A program made the position numbers and the translations under genes. Below, one piece after another: positions 62,767 to 64,000 of a DNA stretch of 64,000 nucleotides. Source of the stretch: Macrostomum lignano (Eukaryota); the NCBI GenBank assembly GCA_002269645.1, contig NIVC01000127.1, forward strand, positions 124,001-188,000, read 5' to 3'. Position 1 is the stretch's first letter, and each line of letters begins with the position of its first letter. The notes below the pieces were generated by a model. It made no database searches, had not been told where the DNA came from, and worked only from the letters and a program-made list of their open reading frames with translations.

Positions 62767-63882
62767 CCGCAGCACGTTTGTCGGCCCCACAATCATATCC
62801 GTCACTTTTTGTCTTGTCTTACCTTTTACTGTCACTTTCACGAACACTCCAGCCAGGGGCGTCGCCACCGGGGGGACAGGGGGGATATGTCCCCCGCTAG
62901 TTAAAGCTATGGGGGGGGGACATGCCAATGTTTTGTCCCCCCACCCCACCTTGTGACCCGTTGTGGAAATCAATAATTTTGCTGCAGGGCGACAAATTAG
63001 CGCCTGCGGCTCCAAATTGAATGCCTGCGACTCCAGAATGAGTGCCTGTGGCGCCAAAATGAGCGCTGACGACACAGATTCTGAAAAAATGTACAAGTAC
63101 AAATTCAGTCATGTACATGTACATGTAGAATTCCCGACTTTGTCCCCTTCTACCATAAAAAACATTGCGACGCCCCTGCCCATGTGCAAGGTGTCTCGAT
63201 ACGCTCTGAACTTCTGCCACGTGCTGTCCTGTATGTGGATGCTGGTGCTGGTCACTGACCGAGTGCTGGTTGTTCACCGACCGCTGGCCATGAAGAATGT
63301 CGGGCTGCGCTGGGCGGCGAGGGCTCTGGCTGGAACACTCGTTCTGTCCGCTGTGATCGCCCTGCCGAACGGCATTCTGGTGGGTCACCAGACAGTCACC
63401 ATGCATGACGGCACCATCCTCATCTTCTGCTACCACCTGCACGAGACGCAGCTGTTCATGCTCGGCTACACGACATCGATGTCGAATCCACCTCTGGTGT
63501 TCATCCTGCTGATGCTGGGCCTCAACTGCTTCCTGCTATCGCGGGTGGTCGCCGCAGTCAGGAAGCGCCGCAGTCTTTCTATGCACTGCTTTGGCACCAG
63601 GATGGTGTCCGATGCCTTTTTCATTTTGCACTGCCAGCCCTGGCCATGAGACCAACAATGCAGCTTTCTCTCTACTCTCTGGACTACCTGACTGTTCTGG
63701 CTATCGTGGCCTTCTCCCTCACCCACACCTTGGCCCTCATCAACCAATGCGTCAACTTTTTCATACTACGCAACCGCAGCGCGCCGTTCAGATGCTGCCT
63801 GAAGCTGATCACTGCTCCAGCTGCACCAAGCGAACGGCTGAGCAGAGAGTGTGAGACGGTGAAATATTCAATTATCAGATAG
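62767..63882 (+). pseudogene. Class A (rhodopsin-family) peptide/orphan GPCR remnant covering ECL1 to TM7. MITE insertion and a frameshift near TM6; TM1-2 not found
   Basis: PMCKVSRY..WMLVLVTDRVLVVHRPL gives the TM3 Cys and a DRY-like TDR. TM4 is SAVIALPN and TM5 is followed by a basic RKRR. After a frameshift near 63620, ALPALAM (TM6) and LALINQCVNFFI..FR (TM7) follow, with TAG at 63880-63882. Confidence 0.6.
62854..63178. mobile_element. 325-bp MITE (non-autonomous DNA transposon) with 12-bp TIRs CAGGGGCGTCGC / GCGACGCCCCTG
   Basis: Perfect terminal inverted repeats and G/C-run subterminal motifs (GGGGGGACA..TGTCCCC). No 8-bp TSD; a 3-bp GCC TSD fits if the TIRs are read one base shorter. 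Confidence 0.8.
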
Positions 63883-63955
63883 GGCAGGTACAAATTTCCG
63901 TTAGCAGCTTACGGGTCAAAGACTGCTCATAAAATTTTTTTGTTGAAACAGTTCA

Positions 63956-64000
63956 CAGGGGCGTCGCCATGAATTTTAAGGCGGGGGGGACAAAGCCAAA
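63956..64000. mobile_element. Left end of a second related MITE, truncated by the window edge
   Basis: CAGGGGCGTCGCCA is identical to the left TIR at 62854 and is followed by GGGGGGACAAAGCC. Confidence 0.65.

Overview
Eukaryotic (animal) genomic DNA. GC-rich exons with poly-Ala/Gln/Pro runs, GT-AG introns, GATA/GACA tracts and many unrelated minisatellites suggest a flatworm such as Macrostomum; this is inference and was not searched. Six intact protein-coding genes on the minus strand or plus strand were rebuilt by hand with phase-consistent splice sites, plus one single-exon COMMD3-like gene: a 3-finger C2H2 zinc-finger gene (-), an AGC-kinase-like pseudokinase (-, 4 exons), an NHL-repeat protein (-, 2 exons), CYB5R4/NCB5OR (-, 4 exons), a C18orf63/DUF4708 homolog (-, 9 exons, two GC-AG introns, mostly invisible in the ORF track), a PCBP3/mub-like KH-domain gene (+, 10 exons) and COMMD3 (+). 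A rhodopsin-family GPCR remnant at the 3' end is interrupted by a MITE and a frameshift. Roughly a third of the window is about 30 tandem arrays with units of 2 to 271 bp, and most large introns carry their own. Two tRNA-headed CORE-like SINE copies and two MITE copies are present. No rRNA, true tRNA or CRISPR was recognised. The most notable items are a near-identical 271-bp array between GATA tracts, the pseudokinase, intronic arrays built from transcription-factor motifs (20 AP-1 sites in a PCBP intron), and the MITE-split GPCR. All coordinates were hand-counted and no database searches were run.
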